Of a DNA stretch of 64,000 nt, positions 1 to 17,299 are shown piece after piece; position 1 is the first letter of the stretch, and every line of letters begins with the position of its first letter. The notes beneath the pieces are model-generated. The model saw nothing but the letters and a program-made list of their open reading frames with translations, had not been told where the DNA came from and did not search any database. Source of the DNA: the human T2T-CHM13v2.0 reference genome, Homo sapiens. Location: NCBI RefSeq assembly GCF_009914755.1, contig NC_060936.1; one strand, given 5' to 3'. Position numbers and translations under genes: made by a program.

Positions 1-1480
1 TTATGGTGTTATAGAATATGGTCTTATTTATCTACTTTCATTTTCTAATATTTTGTGGCTGGTGAATTGAAAGCGTTTGCTCTTTTTTTTTTTCAGCTTT
101 ATTGAGGTATAATTGATACATACCCTAAAGGGCACATGTTTAAAGGTACATGTGTTTCGACATATGTGTTGTATTTATGAAATGACCGTTAAGATAATAA
201 ACTTGTCCATCATGCCCCAAATTTCTTTGTGTCTTTTGCTTTCTTTGGATTATTGTCCCATATAGGTTCAGTTTCAAAACCTTCGTTATGCCGCTCAGGG
301 TCCACTCTGCTCATGAGTCACTCAGTCATGAATGTGGGACTTAGATAGTGGTACAAATCATAGTTCAGTTCCCAAATCCTTTGCCACGCTATCTTGGCTT
401 TGTACTATACTTGTGTAATTAATAGGTGAACCCTGTACTTGTGTCAACTCATATACAGAATTAAGCTATCCTCTTCTCCAACTTTGTCCTCTCTGAAATT
501 TCCCATATTTTCTCAGCTCCAGAAATCCTTTTTCCTGATTTGTCTGAGAAGGAAAATATGTTTCTCTCAGAGTTTTAGCTGCTCATGCACTGATATCTTT
601 TTTTCTTTCCTTCTGGATGTTCAGTGAACAAAAGTTTGGCTTATTGATAGCCTTCTGAGTCTATTCACATTTTATTATTTTTTATTTTGTTATTTTAAAA
701 GTTTTACTGACAAATAATTTTATGCATTTATGGCGTAAAATGTGATATATTGATATATGCATACATTGTAGAAGGATTAAATCAAAGTCATTAACATAGC
801 CATCAACTCACCTACTTATTTTTTGTGATAAAATATTTAAAATTTACTTTTTTAGCAATTTCAAAATATACAATATATTATTATTAGTTATCATCACTAT
901 GCTATGGAATAGATTACTAAAACTTATTCCTTCTGTCTAACTAACACTTCGTACCCTCTGACCAATGTCTCCCTTTTCTTCATTACCCCCCTGTACCTTC
1001 AGCCTCTGATAACCACCATTATTCTTGCTGCTTCCATGAGCTCAACTTTTTTAGATTCCAAATATAAATGAGATCATGCAGTATTTTTCCTTCTGTGCCT
1101 GGGTTCTTTTAGTTAGTATAATGTCCTCCACATGTTTCTATGTTGTCACGAATGACAGAAGTTCCTTCTTTTTAAAGGCTGTATAGTATTTCTTTTTTTT
1201 GTACATTTTTTATTTTTTATTTTTTATTTTTTTTTCTTAGTTTTTATTACTATTACTATTATTATTATTATTATTATTATACTTTAAATTTTAGGGTACA
1301 TGTGCACAATGTGCAGGTTAGTTACATATGTGTACACGTGACATGCTGGTGCGCTGCACCCACTAACTCATCACCTAGCATTAGGTATATCTCCCAATGC
1401 TATCCCTCCCCACTCCCCGCACCACACAACAGTCCCCAGAGTGTGATGTTCCCCTTCCTGTGTCCATGTGTTCTCATTGT

Positions 1481-5303
<3,823 letters not shown>

Positions 5304-5366
5304 TATGATGTTAGCTGGTTATTTTGCTCATTAGTTGATGCAGTTGCTTCCTAGTCTCGAAGGTCT

Positions 5367-6383
5367 TTACATTTTGGCATGATTTTGCAGCGGCTAGTAC
5401 CGGTTGTTCCTTTCCATGTTTAGCACTTCCTTCAGGAGCTCTTTTAGGGCAGGCCTGGTGGTGACAAAATCTCTCAGCATTTGCTTTTCTGTAAAGTATT
5501 TTATTTCTCCTTCACTTATGAGGCTTAGTTTGGCTGGATATGAATTTCTGGGTTGAAAATTCTTTTCTTTAAGAATGTCGAATATTGGCCCCCACTCTCT
5601 TCTGGCTTGTAGAGTTTCTGCCGAGAGATCCACTGTTAGTCTGATGGGCTTCCCTTTGAGGGTAACCCGACCTTTCTCTCTGGCTGCCCTTAACATTTTT
5701 TCCTTCATTTCAACTTTGGTGAATCTGACAATTATGTGTCTTGGAGTTGCTCTTCTCGAGGAGTATCTTTGTGGCGTTCTCTGTATTTCCTGAATCTGAA
5801 CGTTGGCCTGCCTTGCTAGATTGGGGAAGTTCTCCTGGATAATATCCTGCAGAGTGTTTTCCAACTTGGTTCCATTCTCCCCATCACTTTCAGGTACACC
5901 AATCAGACGTAGATTTGGTCTTTTCACATAGTCCCATATTTCTTGGAGGCTTTGCTCATTTCTTTTTATTCTTTTTTCTCTAAACTTCCCTTCTCGCTTC
6001 ATTTCATTCATCTCATCTTCCATCACTGATACCCTTTCTTCCAGTTGATCACATCGGCTCCTGAGACTTCTGCATTCTTCACGTAGTTATCGAGCCTTGG
6101 TTTTCAGCTCCATCAGCTCCTTTAAGCACTTCCCTGTATTGGTTATTCTAGTTATACATTCTTCTAAATTTTTTTCAAAGTTTTCAACTTCTTTGCCTTT
6201 GGTTTGAATGTCCTCCCGTAGCTCGGGGTAATTTGATCGTCTGAAGCCTTCTTCTCTCAGCTTGTCAAAGTCATTCTCCGTCCAGCTTTGTTCCGTTGCT
6301 GGTGAGGAACTGCGTTCCTTTGGAGGAGGAGAGGCGCTCTGCTTTTTAGAGTTTCCAGTTTTTCTGCTCTGTTTTTTCCCCAT
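5367..6383 (-). pseudogene. Disrupted L1 ORF1
   Basis: Starts MGKKQSRKTGNSK. Premature stops at 6087 and 5394. Confidence 0.95.
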
Positions 6384-9300
6384 CTTTGTGGTTTTATCTA
6401 CTTTTGGTCTTTCATGATGGTGATGTACAGATGGGTTTTTGGTGTGGATGTCCTTTCTGTTTGTTAGTTTTCCTTCTAACAGACAGGACCCTCAGCTGCC
6501 AGTCTGTTGGAGTACCCGGCTGTGTGAGGTGTCAGTCTGCCCCTGCTGGGGGGTGCCTCCCAGTTAGGCTGCTCGGGGGTCAGGGGTCAGGGACCCACTT
6601 GAGGAGGCAGTCTGCCCATTCTCAGATCTCCAGCTGCGTGCTGGCAGAACCACTGCTCTCTTGAAAGCTCAGATGGAAATGGAGAAATCACCCGTCTTCT
6701 GCATCGCTCACGCTGGGAGCTGTAGACCAGAGCTGTTCCTATTCGGCCATCTTGGCTCCTCCTGCTGTATAGTATTTCTTTCTGTATATATACACCATAT
6801 TTTCTTTATCCATTCATCTGTTGATGGACACTTAGGCTGATTCCATATCTTGGCTATTGTGATTAATGTTGCAATGAACGTGGAGTTCAGATATCTCTTC
6901 AGCATACCAATTTCAACTCTTTTTGATTTATACATTTCAACTCCTTTGGATATATATCCAGATGCCGAACTGCAGGATCATAGGGTAATTGTATTTTTAG
7001 CTTTTTGAGGAATCTCTATACTGTTTCTCATAATGGCTGTACTAATGTACATTTCCACTAACAATGTAGTTGAGTTTCCTTTTCTCCACTTCTTTCCCAA
7101 CACTTCTTATCTACTGAGTTTTTGATAGTAACCATTGTACCAAGTGTGAGGTAACCTCTCATTTTGTTTTGAATTTGCATTTCTCGGATGATTAGAGATT
7201 GAGCATTTTTTTCTCACGTACCTGTGGTCCTTCATATGTCATCTTTTCAGAAATGTTCATTTAGGTTCTTTGCCTATTTTTGAATTTAGTTATTTGTTTT
7301 CTTGCTAATTAATCGTGCAACTCCTTTATATATTTTGGACATTAGCCCCTTATTAGAGTACATTATGCAAATATTTTCTCCCAATCTGTGGGTTATCTCT
7401 TCACTTTGTTAACTGTTTTCTTTGTTGTACAAAACCTTTTTAGTTTGTTGCAATCCCATTTATTTATTTTTCCTTTAGTTACCTGTGGGTTTGGAGTCAT
7501 ATGCAAAAAATTATTGCCCAGATCAATGACATGGAATTTTCCCCTACGTTTTCTCCTAGTAGCTTTATAATTTCAGGTCTTGCATTTTATTCTTTAATCT
7601 AATTTGAGTTGATTTTTCAGTATGATGTAAAATAAAGGTCCAACTTTATTTTTTCTGCATGTACAAATTCAGTTTTGCCAACACCATTTATTGAAGAGAT
7701 TGTTGTTCTTTTGTCATTGTGTATTCTTAGCACCTTTGTCAAAAATCGACTGCCTTAAATGTGTGGGTTTATTTCTAGGCTTTCTATTCAGTCCTGTTGG
7801 TCAATGTGTCGTTTATACACTAGTACTATGCTGTTTTGATTACAAAGCTTTATAATAGAGCATGAAATTAAGGAGTGTGACGTTTCCAGCTTTGTTCTGT
7901 TTGCTCGAGATTGCTTTGGCTGTTCAGGGTTTTTGTGATTCCATATGAATTTCAGGAATGCTTTTTCTATTCTCATATAAAACAAAATTGGAATTTTAAC
8001 AGGGATTGCATTAAATCTGTAGATCACTTTAGGTTGCACGGAAATTTTATATTTCTCTCACTCCAAGAACATATGATATCTTTCCATTTACTTGTGTTAG
8101 ATTAAATTTCTTTCACTGGTGTTTTATAGTTTTCAGTATATAGCTCTTTCACCTCCTTGGATAAACTTACTAAAGTTTTTTTTTTTTTCTTTTTACTTTA
8201 AATTCTGGGATATGTGCTGAACATGCAGGGTTGTTACATAGGCATACATGTGCCATGTTGGTTTGCTGCACCTATTGACCCGTCCTCTAAGGTCCCTCCC
8301 CTTGCCTCCCACTGGCCAACAGGCCCTGGTGTGTGTTGATCCCCTCCCTGTGTCCATATGTTCTCATTGTTCAACTCCCACTTATGAGGAGAACATGTGG
8401 TGTTTGGTTTTCTCTTCCTGTGTTAGTTTGCTGAGGATGATGGCTTCCAGCTTCATCCATGTCCCTGCAAAGGACATGATTTCATCCCTTTTTATGGCTG
8501 CATAGTATTCCACAGTGGTATATGTACCACATTTTCTTTATCCAGTCTATTATTGATGGGCATTGGGTTGGTTCCATGACTTTACTGTTGTAAATAGTGC
8601 TGCAATAAACATACGTGTGCCTGTGTGTTTATAGTAGAATGATTTATATTTCTTTGGGTATATACCCAGTAATGGCATTGCCGGGTCAAATGGTATTCCT
8701 GGTTCTGGATCCTTGAGGAATCACCATACTGTCTTCCACAATTGTTGAACTAATTTACATTCCCACCAACAGTGTAAAAGTGTTCCTATCTACAGTCTCA
8801 CCAGCATCTATAGTTTCTTGACTTTTTAATAATCGCCATTCTGACTGGCATGAGATGGTATCTCATTGTGGTTTTGATTTGCATTTTTCTAATGATCAGT
8901 GATATTGAGCTTTTATTCATATGTTTGTTGGCTGCATAAATGTCTTCTTTTGAGAAGCGTCTGTTAATTTGTTTTGCCCACTTTTTGATGGGGTTGTTTG
9001 TTTTTTTCTTGTAAATTTGTTTAAGTTCCTTGTAGATTCTGGATATTAGACCTTTGTCAGATGGGTAGATTGTAAAATTTTTCTCCCATTCTGTAGATTG
9101 TCTTTTCACTCTGATGACAGTTTGCTTTGCTGTGTAGAAGCTCTTTAGTTTAATTAGATCCCATTTGTCAATTTTGGCTTTTGTTGCCACTGCTTTTGGC
9201 ATTTTTGTCATGAAGTCTTTGCCCATGCCTTTGTCGTGAATGATACTGCCTAGGTTTTCTTCTAGGGTTTTTATGGTTTTGGGTTTTACATTTAAGTCTT

Positions 9301-10339
9301 TAATCCATCTTGAGTTAATTTTTGTATAAGGTGTAAGGAAGGAGTCCAGTTTCAGTTTTCTGCATATGGCTAACAAGTTTTCTGAGCACCATTTACTGAA
9401 TAGGAGATCCTTTCCCCATTGCTTGTTTTTGTCAGGTTTGTCACAGATCAGATGGTTGTAGATGAGTGGTGTTATTTCAGAGGTCTCTGTTCTGTTCTAT
9501 CGGTCTGTATGTCTGTTTTGGTACCAGTACCATGCTGTTTTGGTTACTGTAGCCTTGTAGTATAGTTTGAAGTTAGGTAGCATGATACTCCAGCTTTGTT
9601 CTTTTTTTTTGGGATTGTCTTGGTTATACGGGGTCTTCTTTGATTCCATATGAAATTTAAGGTAGTTTTTTTCTAATTCTGTAAAGAAAGACAATGGTAG
9701 TTTGATGGGAATAGCATTAAATCTATAAATTACTTTGGGCAGTATGGCCATTTTCATGATATTGATTCTTCCTATCCAGGAGGATGAAATGTTTTTTCAT
9801 TTGTTTGTGTCCTCTCTTATTTTCTTGGGCAATGGTTTGTAGTTCTCCTTGAAGAGGTCCTTCACATCTCTTCTTAGCTGTATTCTTAGGTATTTTATTT
9901 CTTTGTAGCAATTGTGAATGGGAGTTCATTCATGATTTGGCTCTCTGCTTGTCTATTGTTGGTGTAAAGGAGTGTTTGTGATTTTTGCACATTGACTTTG
10001 TATCCTGAGACTGTTGAAATTGCTTATCAGCTTAAGGAGTTTTTGGGCTGAGATGATGGGGTTTTCTAAATATACAATCATGTCGTCTGCAAACAGAGAC
10101 AAGTTGACTTCCTCTCTTCCTATTTGAATACCTTTATTTCTTCCTCTTGCCTGATTGCCCTGGCCAGAATTTCCAATATGTTAAATAGGAGTGGTGAAAG
10201 AGGGCACCCTTGTCTTGTGCTGGTTTTCAAAGGGAATGTTTCCAGCTTTTGTTCATTCAATATTATATTGGCTATGGGTTTGTCATAAATAGCTCTTATC
10301 ATTTTGAGATATGTTCCATCAATGCATAGTTTGAGAGTG

Positions 10340-10580
10340 TTTTTTTTCTTTTTTTTTTTAAGGCAAATGACAAATACCTAGTTTACCATCTTTACTTTTT
10401 TAAACCTAATGTTAACATTAATATTTAAACAGTTGTCAAAAATTGCTAAGTTGCCAGCATTCATGCACAACTAGAAAACATCCTTAACTTATCTTAAACC
10501 AGAAATGTATTGCCATTAATGCATTAATATCTTTTACTACTAAATACTGAAAAAAATTGAAATTATTTCTGTAGATTTGT
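10340..10580 (-). pseudogene. Poly(A)-tailed processed mRNA 3'-end fragment (non-L1)
   Basis: Poly(T) at 10340-10359, variant signal AGTAAA (10391-10396) about 30 nt from the tail, AT-rich UTR-like body. From memory it resembles the FAM133B 3' end (unverified). Confidence 0.65.
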
Positions 10581-10770
10581 CCTGGCAATCATTTGGAGAA
10601 GAGATACTCCGGCCTTTTGGGTTTTCAGCATTTTTTCATTGACTCTTTTCCATCTTCATGTGTTGTCTAGTTTTGATCTTTGAGGCTGTTGATCCTTGGA
10701 TGGGGTTTTTGTGGGGATTTTTTTGTTGTTAATGCTGTTATTTTTGCTTTCTGTTTGTTTGCTTTTCTTT

Positions 10771-11001
10771 TTTTCTTTTTTTTTTTTATTATACTTTAAG
10801 TTCTAGGGTACATGTTCACAACGTGCAGGTTTGTTACATATGTATACATGTGCCATGTTGGTGTGCTGCACCCATTAACTCGTCATTTACATTAGGTATA
10901 TCTCCTAATGCTATCCCTCCCCCCTCCCCCCACCCCACAATAGGCCCCGGTGTGTGAAACCAAACACCGCATGTTCTCACTCATAGGTGGGAATTGAACA
11001 A
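10771..11001 (-). mobile_element. Short L1PA4-6 3' end with 5' inversion (twin priming)
   Basis: TSD tgtttgcttttcttt at 10756-10770 and 11002-11016. 10957-11003 is in the opposite orientation. Confidence 0.92.
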
Positions 11002-11734
11002 TGTTTGCTTTTCTTTCAATTGTCAGGTCCCTCTTCTGTAGCGCTGCTGGGGTTTGCTGAGGGTTCACTTCAGGCCTTTTTCACCTGGTTCACTCTCCTG
11101 CCTGAAGATGTCACTCAAGGAGGCTGGAGAACAGCAAAGATGGATGTCTGCTTTTCCTCCTGGGGTCTCTGATTTTGAGGGACACCAAACTGATGCCAGT
11201 AGATTTGGTCCTGCAAAGGGTGTCTGACAATTCCTGTTGGAGGGTCTCCGTTGGGTGGCATGGGGAACAGGAACTATTTAACAAAGCACTTTGACTGTCC
11301 CTTGGTGGAGGGAGTGTGCTTCACTGGGGGGTAACCCACTCATCTGGGCTGCCCAGATTCGTCAGAACTAACAGGAGTAAAGGCTAAGTCTGCTGGTCTG
11401 CAGAGACTGCAGCCACCCCTCCCCATAGGGACTCAGGCCCAGGGAGATTAGCATTCTGTCCCCTGAACCTCTCACTGGAGTTGTTGAAGTTCCTGCAGGG
11501 AGGCCCCGGCCATTGAAGAGGGATGAGTCAGGGTCAGGCCTGAAGGGGCATTCTGGCCACAGTCTGCCACAGCCAGTGTGTTGGGCTGTAGGGAACACTT
11601 CTTGGCACCAGGCCATCCAGCCTCCCTGGCTCCAGCAGGGAAAAAGCAGAAAAAAAATGAAAACTCTTCAATAAGCCATTACAAATTCTTTTGAAAAAAA
11701 AAATTAGCAAATAAATACAGGTTATTAAAAATAA

Positions 11735-12198
<464 letters not shown>

Positions 12199-12679
12199 TA
12201 ATGTTGTTACTTTTTCATTTACTTTCAAATTCAGGAAGCACATTCGTATGTCTTGCCAAAGTTTTATATTCATCAAAATACTTTCAAAGTTTTTTCTCTT
12301 ACTTTTTGTAAGCAAAGGAATAGGTTTCTATTAACTGTGCAGCTTATGTTTAGGCACTTTTAAAAAAAATTTTGGAACTTTATTTCGTTTTTTCCCCTTG
12401 TTTGACAATATCAACCCACACACCTAAATTGCATTAAAATATATGCCAAGAAGCTTTCAATTTTAATATAATGTATTTTTAGTTGATATTGTATCTTGTA
12501 ATATTTAAGAAACACTTTCACACATTTCGCACATTTGTGTGTGTGAAAAAAGAAATTATAAATTATAAAACTGAAAGACACAAAAACAACAGCAGCAAAA
12601 CTCACTAGACAGGTTCAATAGGGTAATGAAGATGACAGAGGAAAGAATCAGAGGATATACAGATGGCAAAATAAACTAA

Positions 12680-13440
12680 AACTGTACTGAGATATCACTA
12701 CATACTTATCAGAATGGCAAATATAAAAATAGTGACAATATTAAAAGTCAACAAGGACGAGTAGAAACTAGATCACTCATGCATTTCTGGTAGGAATGTA
12801 AAATGATACAGCCTCTTTGAAAAATCCTGTGGAAGTTTCCTTAAAAACAAATCATACAACTCCCACATAACTCTGCAGTTGCACTCTTGGATAGTTATTC
12901 CAGAGAAATAAAAACTTACAAATACACAAAATGTGGACACAAATTTTCATAGTGGTTTTACTTGTAATAGCCCCAAACTAAAAACAATTCAGAAGTCCTT
13001 CAATGAGTTAAACTGTGGTACATAAATACAGTGGAATACTACTCAATTATAAAAGGAACATGCAACAACTTGTATAAATCTCCAGGTATGTTGAAACTAA
13101 AAAAGTTTACATTCTATGCAATTCCATTTATATAACATTCTTGAAATGGTAAAATGATAAAAATGGAGAGCAAATTAATGGTTTTCAGGAATCAAGAATG
13201 GGGGAGAGGTAGAAGGTGGGTGTGGCTTCCTCTATCATAGGGATCCCTGTGATAATGGAGCTCTTCTGTATTTTGATTGTATCATTATCAATATCTTGGT
13301 TGTAATATTGTGTTACAGTTTTACAAGACATCGCCATTGGGGTAAACTGGGACAGGAAACATGGGATCTCTTGGTGTTATTCCTTATGGTAACATGTGAA
13401 CTTACAATTATACCAAATTAAAAACTTAATTTTAAAAAAT
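12680..13440 (+). mobile_element. Ancient L1M (L1MD/MC-like) 3' end
   Basis: Degenerate ORF2 C-terminus and 3'UTR motifs. Confidence 0.65.
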
Positions 13441-13761
13441 GAAGCAAAATAAAAATATTTCCAGGTTAGTAAAAGCTGAATGAATGTGTTGCCAGCAGGT
13501 CCACACTGTAAGAAATGCTGAAGGATGTTCTTTTTACTGAGGGAAACAGTATCAGATGGGAAACTGCTTCTACAGGAAAGAATGCAGAAAGGTAGACTGG
13601 TAACTGTAAGAGAAATATAATTAGTTTTTCTCAAGTATCCTGTAAGTTAACTGACCTCATAAAACAAAATTAATGGCAATATGTTCGAGCACTTATATGT
13701 ATTAGTAAATTATTTAACAACAATGACAACAACAAAATAGGTGGCAGTAAATGAAATTAAA

Positions 13762-14250
13762 CTTTTTTTTTTTTTTTTTAATTTCCATAGGTTATTGGGG
13801 AACAGGTGGTGTTTGGTTACATGGGTAGTTCTTTAGTGGTGATTTGGTGAGATTTTGGTGCACTCATCACCGAGCAGTATAGACTGCATCCTATTTGTAG
13901 TCTTTTATCCCTTACCCACTTCCCACCCTTTTCCCCTGAGTCCCCAAAGTCCATTGTGCCATTCCTATGCCTTTGCATCCTCATAGCTTAGCTCCTACTA
14001 ATGCGTGAGAACATATGATGCTTGGTTTTCCATTCCTGAGCTACTTCATTTAGAATAATTGTCTCCAATCTCATCCAGGTCACTGCAAATGCCGTTAATT
14101 CATTCCCTTCTGTGAGTGAGTGGTATTCCATCATATACATATAATACCACAGGTTCTTTATCCACTCGTTGATTGATGGGCACTTGGGTTGGTTCCACAT
14201 TTTTGCAATTGTGAATTGTGCTGCTATAAACATGCATATGGAAGTATCTT
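13762..14250 (-). mobile_element. L1PB1-like 3' end
   Basis: Poly(T) followed by ttccataggttattggggaacaggtgg. ORF 13988..14233 is the ORF2 C-terminus. Confidence 0.85.
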
Positions 14251-15818
14251 TTTAAATTTAATTTAATCTTATTTATTATATTTTTACTTTTAAGTTCTGG
14301 GATAAATGTGTAGAATGTGCAGGTTTGTTACATAGGTATACATATGCCATGGTGGTTTGCTGCACCTATCAATCCGTCATCTAGGTTTGCTAGAGACCAG
14401 TTGTGATCATTTGGAGACGAGGCATTCTGGTTTTTGGAATTTTCAGCATTTTTGCATTGTTTTTTTTCTCATCTTCATGGATTTATCTACCTTTGATCTT
14501 TGAGGCTGATGACCTTTGGATGGGGTTTTCATGTGGGGGTCCTTCTTGTTGATGTTGATGTTATTGCTTTCTGTTTGTTAGTTTTTCTTCTAACAGTCAG
14601 GCTCCTCTTCTGCAGGCCTGCTGTAGTTGAGGTCCACTCCAGACCCTGTTTGCTTGGATATCACCCATGTAGGCTGCAGAAGAGCAAAGACTGCCACCTG
14701 CTCCTTTTTCAGGAAGCTTTGTCCCAGAGGGGCACTGGCCTGATGCCAGCCAGAGCTCTCCTCTATGAGGTGTCTGTCAACCCCTGCTGAGAGCTGTCTC
14801 CCAGTCAGGAGGCATATGGGGGTCAGGGACCCACTTGAGGAGGCAGTCTGTCCCTTAGCAGAGCTCGAACACTGTGCTGGGAGATCTGCTCCTCTCTTCA
14901 GAACCGGCAGGCAGGAATGTTTAAGTCTGCTCAAGTTGCACCCACAGCTGCCCCTTCCCCCAGGTTCTCTGACCCAGGGAGATGGGAGTTTTATCTATAA
15001 GCCCCTGACTGGGGCTGCTGCCTTTTTTTCAGAGATGCCTTGCCCAGTGAGAAGAATCTAGAGAGGCAGACTGGCCACAGATACTTTGCTGCACTGTGGT
15101 GAATTCTGCCAAGTTTGAACTTCCTGGCCTCCTTAGCACTGTCAGGGGAAAAATCGCCTACTCAAGCCTCAGTAATGGCAGATGCCCCTCCCACCCACCA
15201 AGCTTGATTGTCTCACGTCCACTTCAGACTGCTGCGCTGGCAGTGAGAATTTCAAGCCAGTTGTTGTTTGCTCGCTGGGCTCCAGGAAAGTGGGACCTGC
15301 TGAGCGAGACCACTTGGCTCCCTGGCTTTAGCCCCCTTTCCAGGGGAGTGAATGATTCTGCCTCGCTGAGGTTCCAGGCACAACTGGGGAAAACAAACAA
15401 ACAAACAAACAAACAAAAAAACTCCTGCAGCTAATTTGATGTCTGCCCAAACAGCTGCCCAGTTTTGTGCTTGAAACCCAGGGCCCTGGTTGTGTAGGTG
15501 CATGAGGGAATCTCCTAGTCTGTGGATTGCAAAAACTGTAGGAAAAGTGTAGTATCTGGGCCAGGTAGCACAGTCCCTCATGGCTTCCCTTGGCTGGGGG
15601 AGAAAGGTACCCCAGGTCCTTGCACTTCCGGGGTGAGGCAACGCCCCACCCTGCTTCTGTTTGCCCTCCATGGGCTGCATTCCCCTGCCTAACCAGTCCC
15701 AATTAGATGAACTGGTCACCTCATTTGGAAATGTAGAAATCACCTGCCTTCTGTGTTGCTCTTGATGTGAGCTGCAGACTGGGGCTGTTCCTATTCAGCC
15801 ATCTTGCCAGATCTCCCC
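14251..15818 (-). mobile_element. L1PA7/8-like element: intact 5'UTR and ORF1 start fused to the last ~100 nt of the 3'UTR
   Basis: 5' terminus GGGGAGATCTGGCAAGATGGCTGAATAGG at 15818. Junction at ~14388. Confidence 0.88.
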
Positions 15819-16044
15819 AAAAATGCATTTTTAAGGAATCAGAGATCTATGGAATGACAACCAAATGACTTTAATTCCAGAGTAGGGAGAAAAAATCAAC
15901 AATCTGCTACTTTTGTTATTTTTCTTTTTCATGGATCAGAGTCTGGCCAAGACAGAGAACCTATGTTTGCAGAAAGTGAAACCAGCAATTTTTGTAGTGG
16001 TTATGTGGACTAGGGTGACAATACTGAATATTTGAAGGTTTTTC

Positions 16045-16363
16045 CTATAGTCTGAATGTTTGTCTCCTCCAAAACTCAGGTTAAAATTTAATTGCAAATA
16101 TAACGGTATTGGGAGGTGGGGCCTTTAAGGCCCATAAGAATTCCGCCTTTATATGTGAGTGAGTTTAGTGCCTTTAAAAAAATGACTTTGAGGAGTGGGT
16201 TCTCTCTCTCCCGGTCTCACCTCCTTCCATTTGATAGTACAGCAAGAAGAACCTCACTAGATGCTGGCCCCTTCTCAGCCTCTAGAATTGTAAGCCAATA
16301 CATTTATGTTCATTATGAATTATCTGGTCTTTGTATTCTATTAGAGCAGCACAAAACAGACAG
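16045..16363 (+). mobile_element. MaLR (MST-like) solo LTR
   Basis: tatagtctgaatgtttgtctcctccaaaactc...agcagcacaaaacagac pattern. Confidence 0.75.
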
Positions 16364-16644
16364 TGTTCAAATCTTCACTTTTCCTACAAGCCATTTGCTA
16401 ATTCTGTGATAAAATTGAGGAATATAAAGCAAGGCAAAAAAAAAAAAAATTCTAAAAAAGAAAAAATTAGCAAACTTCCCAAAGCTCCCAAAGTTCTCTG
16501 TATTTAAGGGAACAAAGATTAGCCAGAGGGGCTATAAACAAACAAACAAAAAGTAGTCAATAAAATCATCTATCAAAGGATATACACACACACACACGTA
16601 TATATATATACAATTATAGGTATATAACTCAATTTACTGACATA

Positions 16645-17253
16645 TTAGAAATACATTGGTTTGGTCCAGAAAGGTGGGACAATTCAAAGCCAGGGATTAG
16701 GAAGGTGGGGGGTGGGGGGGGGTAGTTTCAGGCTATAGGTAAATTTAAACATTTTCTGGTTGACAATTAGTTGAGTTTGTCTAAAGACCTGGGGTCGATA
16801 GAAAATAAATATTCAGGTTAAGATAAAAGGATGTGGAGACCAAGGTTCTTTTGAAGTCTTATAGTGGCTGCTCTTAGAGACAATAGAATGATATCCTATT
16901 CAGATATTTAAAAGGTGCTAGACTCTTAGTTAATCTCTTTAGGATTGGGAGGGCCTGGAGAAAAAGATCCAGTTATTTTAATAGAGATTCTTTACATATG
17001 CAAATTTCTCCCCACAAAGGACAGCTTTGCAGGGCCATTTCAAAATATGGCAAGTAAACATGTTTTGGGGTAAAACATTTGACTTTCTTCTTTGTCACAT
17101 AATGTTATGCCAGAGTCAGATTGGAAAGTAAGTCATGATATACAGGGTTAAATGAAACCCATGTGATGTTAGTTTATGGTTTGTAGGGCATGACTCCCCA
17201 GACTCCTTAGGTATGAATTTGGGCAAGTTAAAAAAATCAGAGCCTAATTCTCA
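16645..17253 (-). mobile_element. MER4A-like ERV1 LTR (partial)
   Basis: Strong similarity to the recalled MER4A consensus; ends ...cagagcctaattctca. Confidence 0.8.
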
Positions 17254-17299
17254 TGTCATTGAACTTTGAGAGTTCATTTGTAACTAAATTTATTTAGGT

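Larger units (their letters stand above)
8175..11648 (-). mobile_element. Older L1PA (about PA8-PA10): 3' part 8175-10340; ORF1 start and 5'UTR 10585-11648; internally deleted and interrupted
   Basis: ORF2 remnants (8798..9376 and others) and L1PA8-like 3'UTR and 5'UTR sequence. Confidence 0.85.
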
